Shown here in pieces: positions 54,401 to 64,000 of a stretch of 64,000 nucleotides of DNA; the stretch's first letter is position 1; each line of letters starts with the position of its first letter. Made by a program: the position numbers and the translations under genes. Source of the DNA: Owenia fusiformis. Lineage: Eukaryota. The notes below the pieces were generated by a model. That model was given only the letters and a program-made list of their open reading frames with translations, was not told the DNA's origin and ran no database searches. Location: assembly GCA_903813345.2 (NCBI GenBank), contig CAIIXF020000001.1:2170001-2234000 (forward strand). The letters are read 5' to 3'.

Positions 54401-54819
54401 TGTAAGCTTTCATTTGATATATAATATATGTCATAAACATATGAACTGGCTGTCATTAATCAAAAATGAATTTTGACAAAAATATTTGTCTGTCAAATAA
54501 CGCAGTTTTACATGAATTAAAGATACAAAATAAAGTTGTTACATGTACTTGTATTACTTGACTGCTTATGTTAGTGAAGAGAATAAGTGCATGGATATGG
54601 TGTGCATTGACTCTTACAGGACTGTATCCCACTGATTTATTAAATCTGTAAGATCAATCTATTTGCTTAAGTTAATGTTGCAAGCTTATATGGATTCAGA
54701 ATAATAAATTAAAAATTTCTCAAAGTTTCACAATTTCTTTTTCAGCCTCCATGCTCGGGTCTCCAGTCACACCAACAAGACAAAGTACAAGGAAACTTAC
54801 GAGGAAAACACCTCATTGA
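475..54819 (+). CDS. SMCHD1: SMCHD1 orthologue (structural maintenance of chromosomes flexible hinge domain protein 1), 3' part; 5' GHKL ATPase exons lie upstream of the window
   Basis: 29 AG/GT-bounded exons with matching phases: 475-574, 1016-1088, 30691-30827, 31052-31186, 33363-33525, 33806-33873, 34098-34246, 34455-34587, 34985-35062, 35204-35362, 35691-35816, 36794-36873, 37176-37333, 37691-37812, 38015-38076, 38334-38550, 38689-38838, 39405-39537, 49353-49472, 49764-49849, 50319-50438, 50657-50764, 51083-51165, 51449-51555, 51840-51910, 52144-52315, 53674-53832, 54253-54354, 54746-54819 (TGA). The translation is colinear with vertebrate SMCHD1 as recalled, e.g. [104 protein letters not shown] (hinge). 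Confidence 0.96.
1350..1850 (+). repeat. Degenerate tandem core repeats of a HINE-like family (same family as 28640-29430)
   Basis: Recurrent ttttcaagatggc..aatttcaaaatg..tctttgataactcaa. A matching 3' end motif gatttgctactctggagttgc lies at 4858-4879. Confidence 0.6.
4894..5400 (+). repeat. 37-bp minisatellite (aaatgatacaatatggattgctacaatttatctgctt) with two longer ~114-bp variants at its start
   Basis: Visible tandem units, e.g. starts at 5116 and 5153. Confidence 0.9.
8520..10826 (+). mobile_element. 5'-truncated non-LTR retrotransposon (CR1/L2-group LINE) with uninterrupted RT reading frame
   Basis: Frame open from 8520 to the stop at 10649 ([42 protein letters not shown]-terminal CxC..ET..H...C). 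A-rich tail at 10803-10826. 12-bp TSD aatctgtagtgt at 8508-8519 and 10827-10838. No endonuclease domain. Confidence 0.93.
8811..10649 (+). CDS. LINE reverse transcriptase (truncated ORF2)
   Basis: 612-aa ORF with RT motifs including YADD and a C-terminal zinc-knuckle-like motif; it is part of the LINE above. Confidence 0.9.
   Translation: MINNNMMKIAAPELSIILSKFFNKIFLCKTFPLSWKIGNIIPVHKKKSKSDAANYRPITLLSSMSKVFERVIFNRLFQHCIENHTLYSLQSGFLPGHSCERQLISIIDYITSCIDNGDEVSGVFLDISAAFDTMPHKYIITKLKSYGFGPNTIDLLSSYLSNRKVRVLVDGHESNYSADSYINAGVPQGSILGPLMFLLYINDMPDKLTNTSFLYADDTSIYCPYNKDNLIDKMTTLQEDMDIINDWSNLWHLNFNATKSAHLIFHGRKIIENIYPLHLGNTRIPKYDHHKHLGLILDGNLKFSHHITEISKRIDKLINPLKALKSKLNGIHLLNIYNTYIRPHFEFCDIIYGCPNINKLKSLDSLMYKAGIIISGTISGSSSAKVLKCLNWLPLETRRFHRRMNMMYSVTNGNSPNYILDIFRKFQRPDNRRVLRNKPSYILPTKRAIIKSKSCVYRSIKEWNDLPLKINTLDTFKRKMASKSLPTPIIASFSLNLTRHREKLLNQLRCDLVLKAQLHSHNFNNVNSPMCACELESETLNHFLFRCPLHVDDFKLLNDKITRENPMIKFNSLTRANKANTLLFGHHLCNKNENSRIIKSFAEYLDIAFSNR
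11987..12226 (+). repeat. Second array of the same 37-bp minisatellite
   Basis: About 6.5 copies of aaatgatacaatatggattgctacaatatatctgc(t/a)t. Confidence 0.9.
12274..15376. mobile_element. TIR element with ~90-bp TIRs (CACCCTATGCAG...), 6-bp TSD and a large internal palindrome
   Basis: Near-perfect TIRs at 12274-12362 and 15287-15376. TSD ctatga at 12268-12273 and 15377-15382. Inverted arms at 14617-14944 and 14960-15286. Confidence 0.85.
15721..22182 (-). CDS. Nested antisense gene: NERD-like PD-(D/E)xK nuclease fused to a Schlafen-type (DUF2075/UvrD_C-like) SF1 helicase, about 680 aa
   Basis: Exon A 22182-21326 (donor GCA AA|gtaag, phase 2) splices in phase to exon B 16906-15721 (acceptor tttgcag|A TAT). 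Exon [36 protein letters not shown]. Exon [59 protein letters not shown]. The start codon is uncertain; the first in-frame ATG is at 22182 and the frame is open past 22239. Confidence 0.85.
16962..17437. mobile_element. pogo/Tigger-like MITE (related short copies near 593-743, 48981-49165 and 55030-55225)
   Basis: ta|cagtggaacc ... ggtttcactg|ta termini with gtgttc(g/a)gatt internal motifs. Confidence 0.55.
17459..17965 (+). repeat. 162-bp tandem repeat, about 3.1 copies
   Basis: Unit starts taaatgttaagg at 17459, 17621 and 17783, with a partial unit near 17945. Confidence 0.93.
18870..19600 (-). mobile_element. Internally deleted Crypton-like (DUF3504 tyrosine recombinase) remnant
   Basis: Minus-strand peptide [32 protein letters not shown] at about 19134-19039 matches the W..P.G.NTL..M...C..AG..G..TNHS motif. 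It is flanked by imperfect hairpins at about 18884-19005 and 19512-19583. Confidence 0.65.
20179..21243 (+). mobile_element. Non-autonomous mariner-type element
   Basis: TA-flanked CAGGG..CCCTG ends, ~180-bp TIRs, and a decayed transposase HTH fragment ([19 protein letters not shown]) near 20760-20830. Confidence 0.82.
22861..24619 (-). mobile_element. Decayed THAP-encoding DNA transposon (possibly ISL2EU/PHIS group)
   Basis: Perfect 18-bp TIR tcacctttccccaaagtc flanked by AT on both sides. Frameshifted minus-strand THAP signature [27 protein letters not shown] at about 23926-23670. Confidence 0.7.
25600..26889 (-). mobile_element. Gypsy/Ty3 LTR retrotransposon 3' fragment (integrase C-terminus, PPT, start of 3' LTR)
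   Basis: [60 protein letters not shown], with one frameshift near 26200. Polypurine tract AAGGAGAGGAAAA immediately before TG at 25818. The LTR end is approximate. Confidence 0.85.
28570..30646 (+). mobile_element. Second HINE-like family element with ~145-bp core tandem repeats (28640-29430)
   Basis: 5' palindrome tatcccaccgaacgaagttcgagggggata. 3' subTIR ggtgggat, then hairpin gctactcc-at-ggagttgc, then CTAG. About 5.5 core units. Confidence 0.65.
29653..30348. mobile_element. piggyBac-type MITE nested in the HINE-like element
   Basis: TTAA on both sides; TIR ctctttcgactggga / tcccggtcaaaagag. Confidence 0.7.
31282..32972. mobile_element. Non-autonomous hAT-type element containing a nested TTAA-flanked palindromic element (about 31726-32288)
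   Basis: TIR cagtgtatttcctaag / cttaggaaataccctg. 8-bp TSD ttctaaac at 31274-31281 and 32973-32980. Subterminal ccggac repeats. Confidence 0.85.
40540..46100 (-). CDS. Nested antisense gene: leucine-rich repeat protein with long low-complexity middle and C-terminal ZU5-like domain (PIDD/LRRD-like), about 1124 aa
   Basis: Six phase-consistent exons: 46100-44542, 44207-44000, 43522-42498, 42198-41979, 41611-41337, 40627-40540 (TAG). About 15 LxxLxLxxNxLxxLP repeats in exon 1. ZU5-like segments [27 protein letters not shown] and TWHFSG/YG at the C-terminus. Confidence 0.88.
40692..41003. mobile_element. Short palindromic non-autonomous element
   Basis: ~55-bp-arm hairpin centred on atagccc-aagcttgcga-gggctat (40692-40805) and a second inverted pair tattacatacc / ggtatgtaata. 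Confidence 0.55.
50076..50281. mobile_element. GC-rich MITE with 5-bp TSD (hAT5-like)
   Basis: TIR caggcccgtagccagg / cctggctacgggcctg. TSD cagcg at 50071-50075 and 50282-50286. Confidence 0.85.
52241..53280 (+). repeat. 80-bp tandem array, 13 copies, derived from the 3' end of an SMCHD1 hinge exon plus its splice donor
   Basis: Unit caatagagaagttaag..cacacaaatag|gtagg repeats exactly every 80 nt. Copy 1 is coding. Confidence 0.97.
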
Positions 54820-55388
54820 TACTGAAAATATCTGAGCTTGTTTCAAAGACTTAATTGCTCGCCATAAACAAATCGGTTGTGTCATAAGGATCTCAGACCT
54901 GGCCATACTTGAATTATGGACCAGTCATGTTTTCTTGAACATGGTTAAAAAATCAAAAATCTGGGCCAGATGGAAATGTACTTATTCAAGGCCAGTGTTG
55001 ATGTTACACTCTGGATTTGAAACTCTTGTATAAACAGCAAACCAAATGATCTTCCATAAATCTTGCGAAATAGAGTACAGCATAACTTGTCTTATTCAAT
55101 CGCCACTGGGACTGGCTGGTGTTCAGATTGGCAAGTGTTGCAAGATTAAAAAATGGAACAAACAAAACATGTTCACATTGAGAGGTGCTCAAATTAGAGA
55201 GGTTTGGATATACAGGTTTTACTGCATATATATACATAATAGTATGGATCATACATTGCTTATTTTCTGTAAAATATGTTTGCTATTAAGATGACTCGTG
55301 GCTCGTGTATATGAATTTAAAACACCCTATTTGCTTATCCTGATATGATAGTACCCCGGACAGGTTGAATGATGCAGTTGTGTTTTTA

Positions 55389-56406
55389 CTCTATATTTCC
55401 AATAGAACAACCATTCTTAATGAAATTTTTGTATTTGATTCTTGAGACGATTTCCAACATGGAAAATAATTATTTTAAAGAATTTCCAAGTTTTATGATT
55501 TTCATCGTTTTTTTCCAAAAGATGCCACTATCAATAAAATACAGGTTTTTTCTTGAACAATTGAACTTTTAACGTCATTTTAAAGATTGTCAAGCTATTG
55601 AACTTTTGGCTGCCTAAAGTCTTTTTAGATGTATTTGATGCCATATTAATTATGGCTGATTATTGTTATTCATTTTTATCATATTCAATAGGCCTAATGT
55701 TATTACAGTACATTAGGCCAATGGAAAACTTGTCACTCTGGGCCAAGTTTCCTCGGATAACGCACCTTTGGTTTTTCCGCCACTGGGTTTTTCCGCTGCT
55801 GTCACTCAGCATGCAACCCTGTTGCACGCTAATTGTTCAATGCTTTGAATATGTCAAGTTTCCCTGACAATTCCATGATAGAATGTGACACAGCTATATT
55901 AACATCTCTGAAGGATCTAATGCCAGAAACACTTGAAGTTGGAGATTTTTACCTCATTTTGGACAGTATTGAACAGTTTGATCAGGCTGAACTCCTGTCC
56001 ATTGACAAGAAGATTGACCTCCTCAATCTGGGCTTAATGTAGGGAACGCTTCACAAAATGAGACCCAGAGCAACAAGATTGGTCTAATGCACTGTAATAA
56101 TATTGAATATGACTAAAGTGAATAACAATAATCAGCCATGATTATTAATATGGCAACAATTATATCTGGAAAGACTTTAGGCGGCCGAAAATTCTATACC
56201 AAGACAATATTTAGAATGACGTTATAAGTTCAATTGTTCAAGCAAAAACCTGTATTTTATTGACAGTGGCATCTTTTTTAAAAAAGCCGATAAAAATCTT
56301 GAAATTAGGAATTTCATTAAAATATTTATTTTCCATGTTGGAAATTGTCTCTAGAATAAATCTTTAAAATTTCAATAAAAATGGTTGTTCCATTGCAAAT
56401 ATAGAG
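55389..56406. mobile_element. TA-flanked Tc1/mariner-type MITE with long imperfect TIRs
   Basis: ctctatatttccaatagaacaaccatt..aaagatgccact is mirrored by agtggcatcttt..aatggttgttccattgcaaatatagag; TA on both sides. Confidence 0.72.
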
Positions 56407-59400
56407 TACTATGAAAAAGTCTCAAATTCTATAGTCAAAACACACTTTATTATATAGGTCAACTTGCTCAGTCAGTGTTCGCATTGTTTTCAATGCAGTT
56501 TATTACCATTTAATGTATTACCCAAGACTGGGTTGAAGACTGAAGAACACAAAACAAAATCAAAATATTGTATTATATTGCTTTTTGGAGGTGTAATGAT
56601 ATTTTTAAAATATCAATAAATTGTCATTTTTAGAAGCAGGATATGTGTTCACAGTTCAGTTATATAACATTTTTATATTGCTTCTGAAAGTGGGTTAGGT
56701 TCTGGAAATACATTAGAAAAATTATATTAACAAATTACACTCCCCTCCATAAGTTTGGCAGTTGAACGTTTTCATCAAAGCTTTTCAGTGTTTGAATCTT
56801 CATTTTTGTTCATTTATTATAATAGTTATGAAATTTATGACTTTGATAAATGTTTTCAATTGCCAAACATATATTTGAGGAAAATAAGGAACTCTTTTTA
56901 TACTTTTTACATAAACCATCCATAAATAGTGATGGCCATTTCAAGGTATTTCATGTTTATTTTAATTGCTATAGTAACTTGTGTTCTGATGGTGTGGTAC
57001 TAGATGAACATGAATTTACATGTAATATAATATTAATACTGTGACATGTAACAAAGTTAAAACTTTGTGTACAAATGTACAAGCATATAGTCTTGCTAAG
57101 CTTTTATAACCCCCTCAACATTCTCCATTGGACAGAAGATGGATGGGGAGGGGGGGGGCAGACGCTTAATGGAAGACTGTTAGTAGTCATTTCTAGGTTA
57201 ATTTCAAGGGTTAATTTCTCAGGCCTCAGGCCAATCATCTTAATATGGACATGAAAGATGGTTGTCCCTGGTATTCAATAGAAGCAGGTTTAGGAGATTA
57301 TGGTGCTTTATTCAATTTTTCATCTGTTTTAAAGATGGCAGTACATGTTCATTTTGGTTTCATCCATCCAAACCTCAAAGGCAGAGGATATAAAACACAC
57401 TATTGATGAAATAATGGAAAGTGGAAACATGGATTTTTGTGGTTTATTGAATAAATTGAATATTTACATATTTTTTCAATTCCTTTATTTCATGTGGTCA
57501 AAAACCTGCTCAAATTGTTGAGCAGTCAGTGGTGTGGTATTTTGAATTAAAATAACACTGTTATTAGCTTGTAAATAGAATATCATGTTGGAGCTGAAAA
57601 GTTCATTTATGCAATGGAATGAATGAAATATCTGTGTCAAAAATTGTATTGCCGTAGGTCACAAAAATGAACTTTCATGCCTCTCGGCTGAATGCAACCG
57701 TAATTCGCAAATGCAGAATGAACAATAAAATAGGTTTTATGAATTATTTTATAAACACATCCATTTATTTCTATTTTGTCAATAAACAGCATTACGTTTT
57801 GTAACAAAAATGTAAATAAATACATTAATACAGAGTATGATAGCATTTTGTGTTGATTATTTCGAGTTCACCTTAATAATAATGTCCTGTCCTATCATAA
57901 ATCCTTCTCATATTTTGTGCAAGGTTATAAGAAATTGGCACATCAGAATAGAAACTAAAATATTTGAACATTATTTTGAATCCATTTCTGTTCAGTTACA
58001 ACATGATCTAGCTCCATAAGAATCTTATTAGTTTGAATGGAAATGTCAAAGATACACATTCCAATGAACTATGTATGTTCCAAATGATTCCTCATTTTGA
58101 TGATGATACAAATAGGAATAAAAAGACAATATTTGAAATATATTTTTAAGCCTTTCATTTGGAATGTTTGAGTGTCAAATAAGGGCAGAGACAATGAGTC
58201 TTAAAGTGATTATAGAAATATAGTGCTAAATACATGTACCTTTAGTTTTCATACCTTTGATAGGATTGTTATCCTAATGAACAAAATCCTATGAGGTATT
58301 TGCCAAGATTAAACATTGTAAGATTGTAGACTGGTAGACCACATGATACAAAAGGAGTTCATGCAAGAACTGCACTCATGAGTAATAACATTTTCATAGT
58401 ATGGAGATATTACAAATGGACTGACATAGGCCTGGGTTTATTTGATGGGCTTTTTAGAAGGCCCAAGCTTGAACTAATTTCAGACAAGCGCCATGCTCAT
58501 TTCTGCAATGTAGTTGACAAGTCTGTAACACCAGTTCCAGTGTTTACCCATTTCTTGTTGCTAAGGCAACCCAGCCCTAATGTCTGCATATTGAAATTAA
58601 CAGCTATTTAGAGATTGACTAAAATATGTGTCTTGTGTCATATTTCAACTTCTGTACATTTAAAAACATAATATAGGTCTGAACAAAACAGAAAATTTTT
58701 AGGCGATCGCACCCCCCTGACTGAAAGCTAGCTACACCCCTGTGTCATCAATGTTTTTCTCATCAATGTAGATAAGTCCTAACATTTTATTTGTTTACAT
58801 TGAAATAAGCAAAAATGAGATCTATTATATCCATATTTGTGAACTTGAATTTGCTTGACCTTTAAACACAACATAAATATACAGTCAAATATATGTTAAC
58901 ATTGAACTTAACAAAAATACGTATATATTGCTGTTTCACTCAAAAGTAATATCATGAAATAGTATAATGTAGAATCTCAATTATCACATCAACGGAGACA
59001 GACAGCCAGACAGGAGATAATTTCGCAAAAAGAGTTGCTAATAGAAATATTGTTTTTGGCTCACATTATTAATTTGTTTGCTCAACATTGGAGTATTCAT
59101 TTCATGAAACAAATATACACTCCCCTTCAAAAGTCTGGCAAATAGAATTTCTCTTACAGACCACATGTTTGGTGATTAACTTCAACTCAGAGGAACAAAA
59201 TTAGATTAAAACATAAACTGACTTTAACACTATCCAATGGGAATTTAGTATTATTGAGGGGTGTATATGTTAAACTTCATGTGGCCATAGCAAAAAACTA
59301 CATTTTTAACTTTTTCCTATTCTGAATTGAAAATTGAAGTCTCTAGAATTAAGGTGGCCCATAATGTTGTTCATGTTTTGTAGAGCCACTCAGTAAAATT

Positions 59401-59558
59401 ATGATCTCTGCATCATCATGTCCAATCAAGAATGGGCCACCTTAACAGAACGTTTGAATATGTGCATTCGTGTAAATGGCTTATTGTTCTTTTTTCCTCT
59501 ATGGCAGGTTCTCCCTTGACTACTGGCCAACAATTTTTACCCATTATTAAATATGACA

Positions 59559-62500
59559 TCACAATGATGTGGACTCTGATACTGTGGGTATATGGGTTTC
59601 TTCTACCCTTGTTTCACTATCCAGGTCTTTAACAATATTTTTAAAATGAGCATGAAGTTTATCAAAGGTATCAGCATTTTCTATGTGAGTATCTAATTCA
59701 TGTTTAGAATTGTCAGCACCTAAATCTGAATCCATAAGTAGTTCAAGCATATTTAAGTCACCCTTTTCATGTTTATGAGTGGAGTCCTCTCCTTTCTTAT
59801 CTATTGCAGTATCCTTTCTATCACAAACAGCACCAGTGCTACTTGTTTCATGTTTATTAATGTGGTCTTCTCCTTTCTTACCTATTGCATCTTTCCAATC
59901 ACCAACAGCATCATTGCTACTTGTTTCATCACCCTCAGCACCACTCAAATTGGGCTTGATACCACTTCCATTGTTGTCTTGGTCCTGTTTGTTTGATTTG
60001 TGCGTTTTCTTGTTTTCACTATCAATTTTCAAATCATTATCTTTACATGTTTTTCCTTCATGCTTCACGCTCTCATTGCTTTTCTTGCGCCTTTTACTTC
60101 CATTTTCATTGTCTTTACCCTTTCTTCTCATCTTGGCCTCATCTGTTTGACCTTGACCTTCATTGATGACCTTCACCTCCTCATCATGACTAGAATCATC
60201 AAAGAGATTGTTAAGAGTATAAACATCGGCACTAACAACTTCTTGACGTGAGATATTCTCTTGTGACGTGTCCAGATATGAGTTCTGTAGCTCTAAGTCA
60301 TAAATACCAGTAGGTGGATTAGAGATATCTAATTCATCTACATAGCCCATCGAATAATCTGAAAACATAAAACAATTTGAAGAAAATATTAAATCAGTAA
60401 ACTAAATATATGAAAATAATCAAAACCAAAGTAAAACTAGATAACAGCAACGTCAAGGTGCAGCAAATCCCATCAAACAACCATGGCTGCCATTTTTACA
60501 AAATCCCTCCACTTCTTTTTCAGTTATAGCAAACATTGTGAAATAACAAACAGAAAAATGGCCACAATTTTTCAAAATAAAATTTCAACAAAATTGCTCC
60601 ACCACTTTTTGAGAGAAAAAAAGTAAAAAAGACAGGTAAAATGGCCACCATTTTTAAAAATGACCACTCGCTAGCCAAATTGTAAATAGAAAAGTGTAAT
60701 ATGTTTCTGAGAAGACACATTAAATTTCAACCAAATCACTACTTTTTGAGTTACAGTAAAAACTGTAAAATAAATAACACACATAAAAATGACTGCCATT
60801 TTCATCTAGCTATTGCCCAGATGAATGTAGGGGCAGATGGATGGAGCTTTTATCTTTAGCAAAAGAATTTCATAAATATTTCATAAAATGGGAATATTGA
60901 CAAGCCTATGACAATGTAGAGAAGCAATTGCAAAGATATTGGTCTCCTATCAACAGAAAACTCAAACTTTAAGGAACTTTACTTTAATATTTGACAAAGG
61001 AATCTAAAAACCAACACAGATTACAAAATGATTCTGCAGACTTAAGATATAACTTGTGTTTAGTCATAATATAAAATAGCATTAAATCATATACAAGAAG
61101 GGCTTTTTAGGAGTTTTTACAAGATTAAAATTGGTCCTCTGAAAATTGAGAAATCATGTACATACAGTTTGTAGTTTTACACACAATCAATGTTATGTGT
61201 ATTTTTCATTGTTGTTATAACAATGCCTCTTAACACATTTAGCGCATGTTTAATAAAAAGCTCTTATTGCCATCTTTAATGTAATATTTACTAAATTGAC
61301 AACTGTTTTCTAGCAACTGAGCAACTAGTGATACATATTACAATAATTGTGTAATTAGAAAATTGCAAAGCAATACATAATGCTACAAACTGACAGTTAT
61401 ACATCTTTGTTCATCCAGTGAAAATGTCTAATCACACATTGAGTCTAGGTCCATTAAATGCTAAGATTTAAGATATGAAACATGCCAGAATGATTGTACA
61501 TGTACAGACCAATAATGCTACATACATTTTTTTTGTGATTCAAAAAGCTTAACAAACTTTAATATCCCCATTGAAAATTACTATTGTCCTAAATGTTTTT
61601 ATTTATAAAAAACCTTTCAAATTATTTTAAATCTTTACGAAAACTAGTTTTAAAAATCTACCAGAAAAACGGAAATTTTTGTTATCTATGTATTTTTTTT
61701 TATCTATACTAACTTTTCTTCTTTATGGCATGGAACATCTCTCGCATAATCTCTCTATTTTTCCTCTGTTGCTTTATGCGTTTCTTTTCCTTCAACTTCT
61801 TATGGAGTTTATAACTGCCAATAAAGGGAGCAGCTACAACTGCAACCCCTGCGAGGACTGCACCCGCACCAAGAACTAACCCCACCACGGCTGGTGCAGC
61901 TAATATCATTCCACCTAAAGCAAAAATTTGTTAATTATAACATGAGAATATACATTTAATAAGAAAAAAATAATAATAATGTCACAATGTAATTATGACA
62001 ACTGCAAATAGAATATAAAACATTGGCTTTTTTGAAAAAAGAAATGTTTCAAATATGTCATCAAGAGATCCATAGCTGCACAACTGTCGATGGCAATCAC
62101 TTTTCACTTTTGGCAATTAACTTTGAAAAAAATTATTTATTGGGCAATGGTCTGTTAAATTGGGCAATCATGTTTTCAAACTGTAATGAACCTTGACATC
62201 TTACCTAGTAAAGAACCTCTGATGAACTTCCTCATTGCAGGCTTAGTTGGCATGAAGCGATACTTGCAGCCAAATATACTCAGCTTCGTGTAATGATCCC
62301 CGAGGAACTTGAACGCTCGGAACCTGTCCCCGCAGAGGTAGCAAAAATCTGTCTTACATTTGGAACATGTCATATGGTCGCACCCCATTGATCGCTGGAT
62401 AAAGATCTGTAATAAAAGAAGGTTAATGGTGGATTAAAATAATGTTTTTTAAAAATAAACATAAAGTGGGTCTATTTTTGAAAGAAAAACCCTATATGTA

Positions 62501-62744
62501 GGTCCATTTTTAGAGAAAAAAATCCCCCCCTCCCCCCGGGAGTACAGCACCTTAAGCAGTGTGAAAAATGTCTGAAGACATGAAATCATTACCGACAGAG
62601 AATCAGCATTCAGTATGCTGTTATTGGCTAAAAGTAATCAGATTTCTAGATCATTTACTTACATTACACCGTGGACATTGCTGCGCATTACGTTGACCAA
62701 AATGTTGTTCCTTTGCCCAACTTTTCAGCAGTCTCTCTCCTTTC
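59559..62744 (-). CDS. RNF217: RNF217-like RBR E3 ubiquitin ligase, 3' exons (RING2, transmembrane segment, long charged tail); 5' part outside the window
   Basis: Exons 62744-62663 (KGERLLKSWAKEQHFGQRNAQQCPRCN), 62406-62205 (IFIQRSMGCDHMTCSKCKTDFCYLCG..LSIFGCKYRF), 61914-61714 (hydrophobic TM followed by a basic stretch), 60358-59559; all splice phases match. Motifs match RNF217 as recalled. Confidence 0.9.
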
Positions 62745-64000
62745 CTATAATACAAATGAAATGTTAATTTATAATAGCAGCAAAAGATCTGTCAATGACA
62801 TATCTGATTAAATACAGACAAAAATGGTGTCCAAAAATGAAAAAGTCATTGTACTGAAGTAATAAAGGGCTAGATATTAATTTACAATTATTTGGGAGAA
62901 GAGTGCCCATGTTTATTTAGCAAAAACATTATATTTTGACTTGGGCACTGATGAGGCTTAAAGTTACAATATCTTTTTAAGTAAAACAAAATATCAGAAC
63001 AATTAAACATGAGCCATAAGAAACTATTTGCCCCTACTTGTAATTAAACTAGATGTCCCAGTCAAAAAGCATGCCACAATAGTTCAAATGACAAAATAGC
63101 ATGACATGCATTCTTAATACTGCTCATAAAAGTGAAACATATGAATTGGGCATTATTGTCTTATAAACAGACTTTATATTATCATGTTTCCAATTTTTCA
63201 AAATAATAATGTTTACTATATCTTTCTCCATATGGTATTATGTTCTGGGTATCTTTTGTTCATGTTTCTTTATCATAGTTGAACTATTTTGCAGACTTTT
63301 GGTTCATATAATCATTCATTATATGTTTTTCTTCTGCTGTTGCTCATTTACCCCCCCCCCTCCCTTCCCCCTTGTTTGTTGCGGATCAGTATGCCTCTCT
63401 GGGTGTGCCTCTTATTTCCTTAGCATTTAAACGAGTTCTCAATTTAAAACTTATTTTGACAGTGCTATCTATTGTTTGAAAAATCATGAAAAATTGGCAT
63501 ATTTTACCAACTAATTGCAAACGTGAGAAAGTGAAAATGTGCCAGGGGAGAACATTGTATATATATATATACGTATACTCCAACATGTACAGAGATCAAG
63601 TAACCCTATCAAGAGTTTAAAAGATACTTCACATAGGTACTAATCAGACAGGTAATCAGAGTTCAAACATAAATGATATTTGATAACAAGGATGTACTGT
63701 ATAATCCAATTCTATCATTAACTTTGAACCACATATATTTTGATTGATCTACCTGTACATGACATGAAGATCCTGGTGCAAGAAGCCAACAGCAAACATA
63801 ATGTTTGTTTACCTTTCATCATTGATTTATTCGTACAATCCCCTCCTCCTTTATGGCTTTTACCCTTTGGAATACCTTGACTCAATCTAATATATGACTC
63901 TTTATTTTGGAGATAATTTTTTTTTATCTCCAGATCAAACATCCAACAATGATCAATTAATATTCAATCATCAAGAGCAGGTCATTGACCCTCCCTCCCA

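Noticed and set aside
59769-60251. Hydrophobic plus-strand ORFs resembling membrane proteins
   Set aside because: Antisense shadows of the K/E/D-rich RNF217-like last exon.

Overview
AT-rich animal genomic DNA, not prokaryotic; the repeat content suggests a mollusc or other lophotrochozoan, which is an inference. The + strand carries the 3' part of an SMCHD1 orthologue: 29 phase-consistent coding exons from 475 to the stop at 54819, including the SMC hinge. Two of its introns host complete antisense genes. The 29.6-kb intron (1089-30690) holds a two-exon gene fusing a NERD-type PD-(D/E)xK nuclease to a Schlafen-type SF1 helicase. The 9.8-kb intron (39538-49352) holds a six-exon LRR / low-complexity / ZU5 gene ending just after an HFS motif. 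An RNF217-like RBR E3 ligase gene converges from the right end. The introns are packed with nested mobile DNA: a young 5'-truncated LINE with a TSD, Helentron-like non-autonomous elements, hAT, mariner, piggyBac and pogo-type MITEs, and Gypsy, Crypton and THAP remnants. There is also a 13 x 80-bp array made of an SMCHD1 exon end plus its splice donor. All calls come from manual reading and recalled protein motifs; no database search was run.
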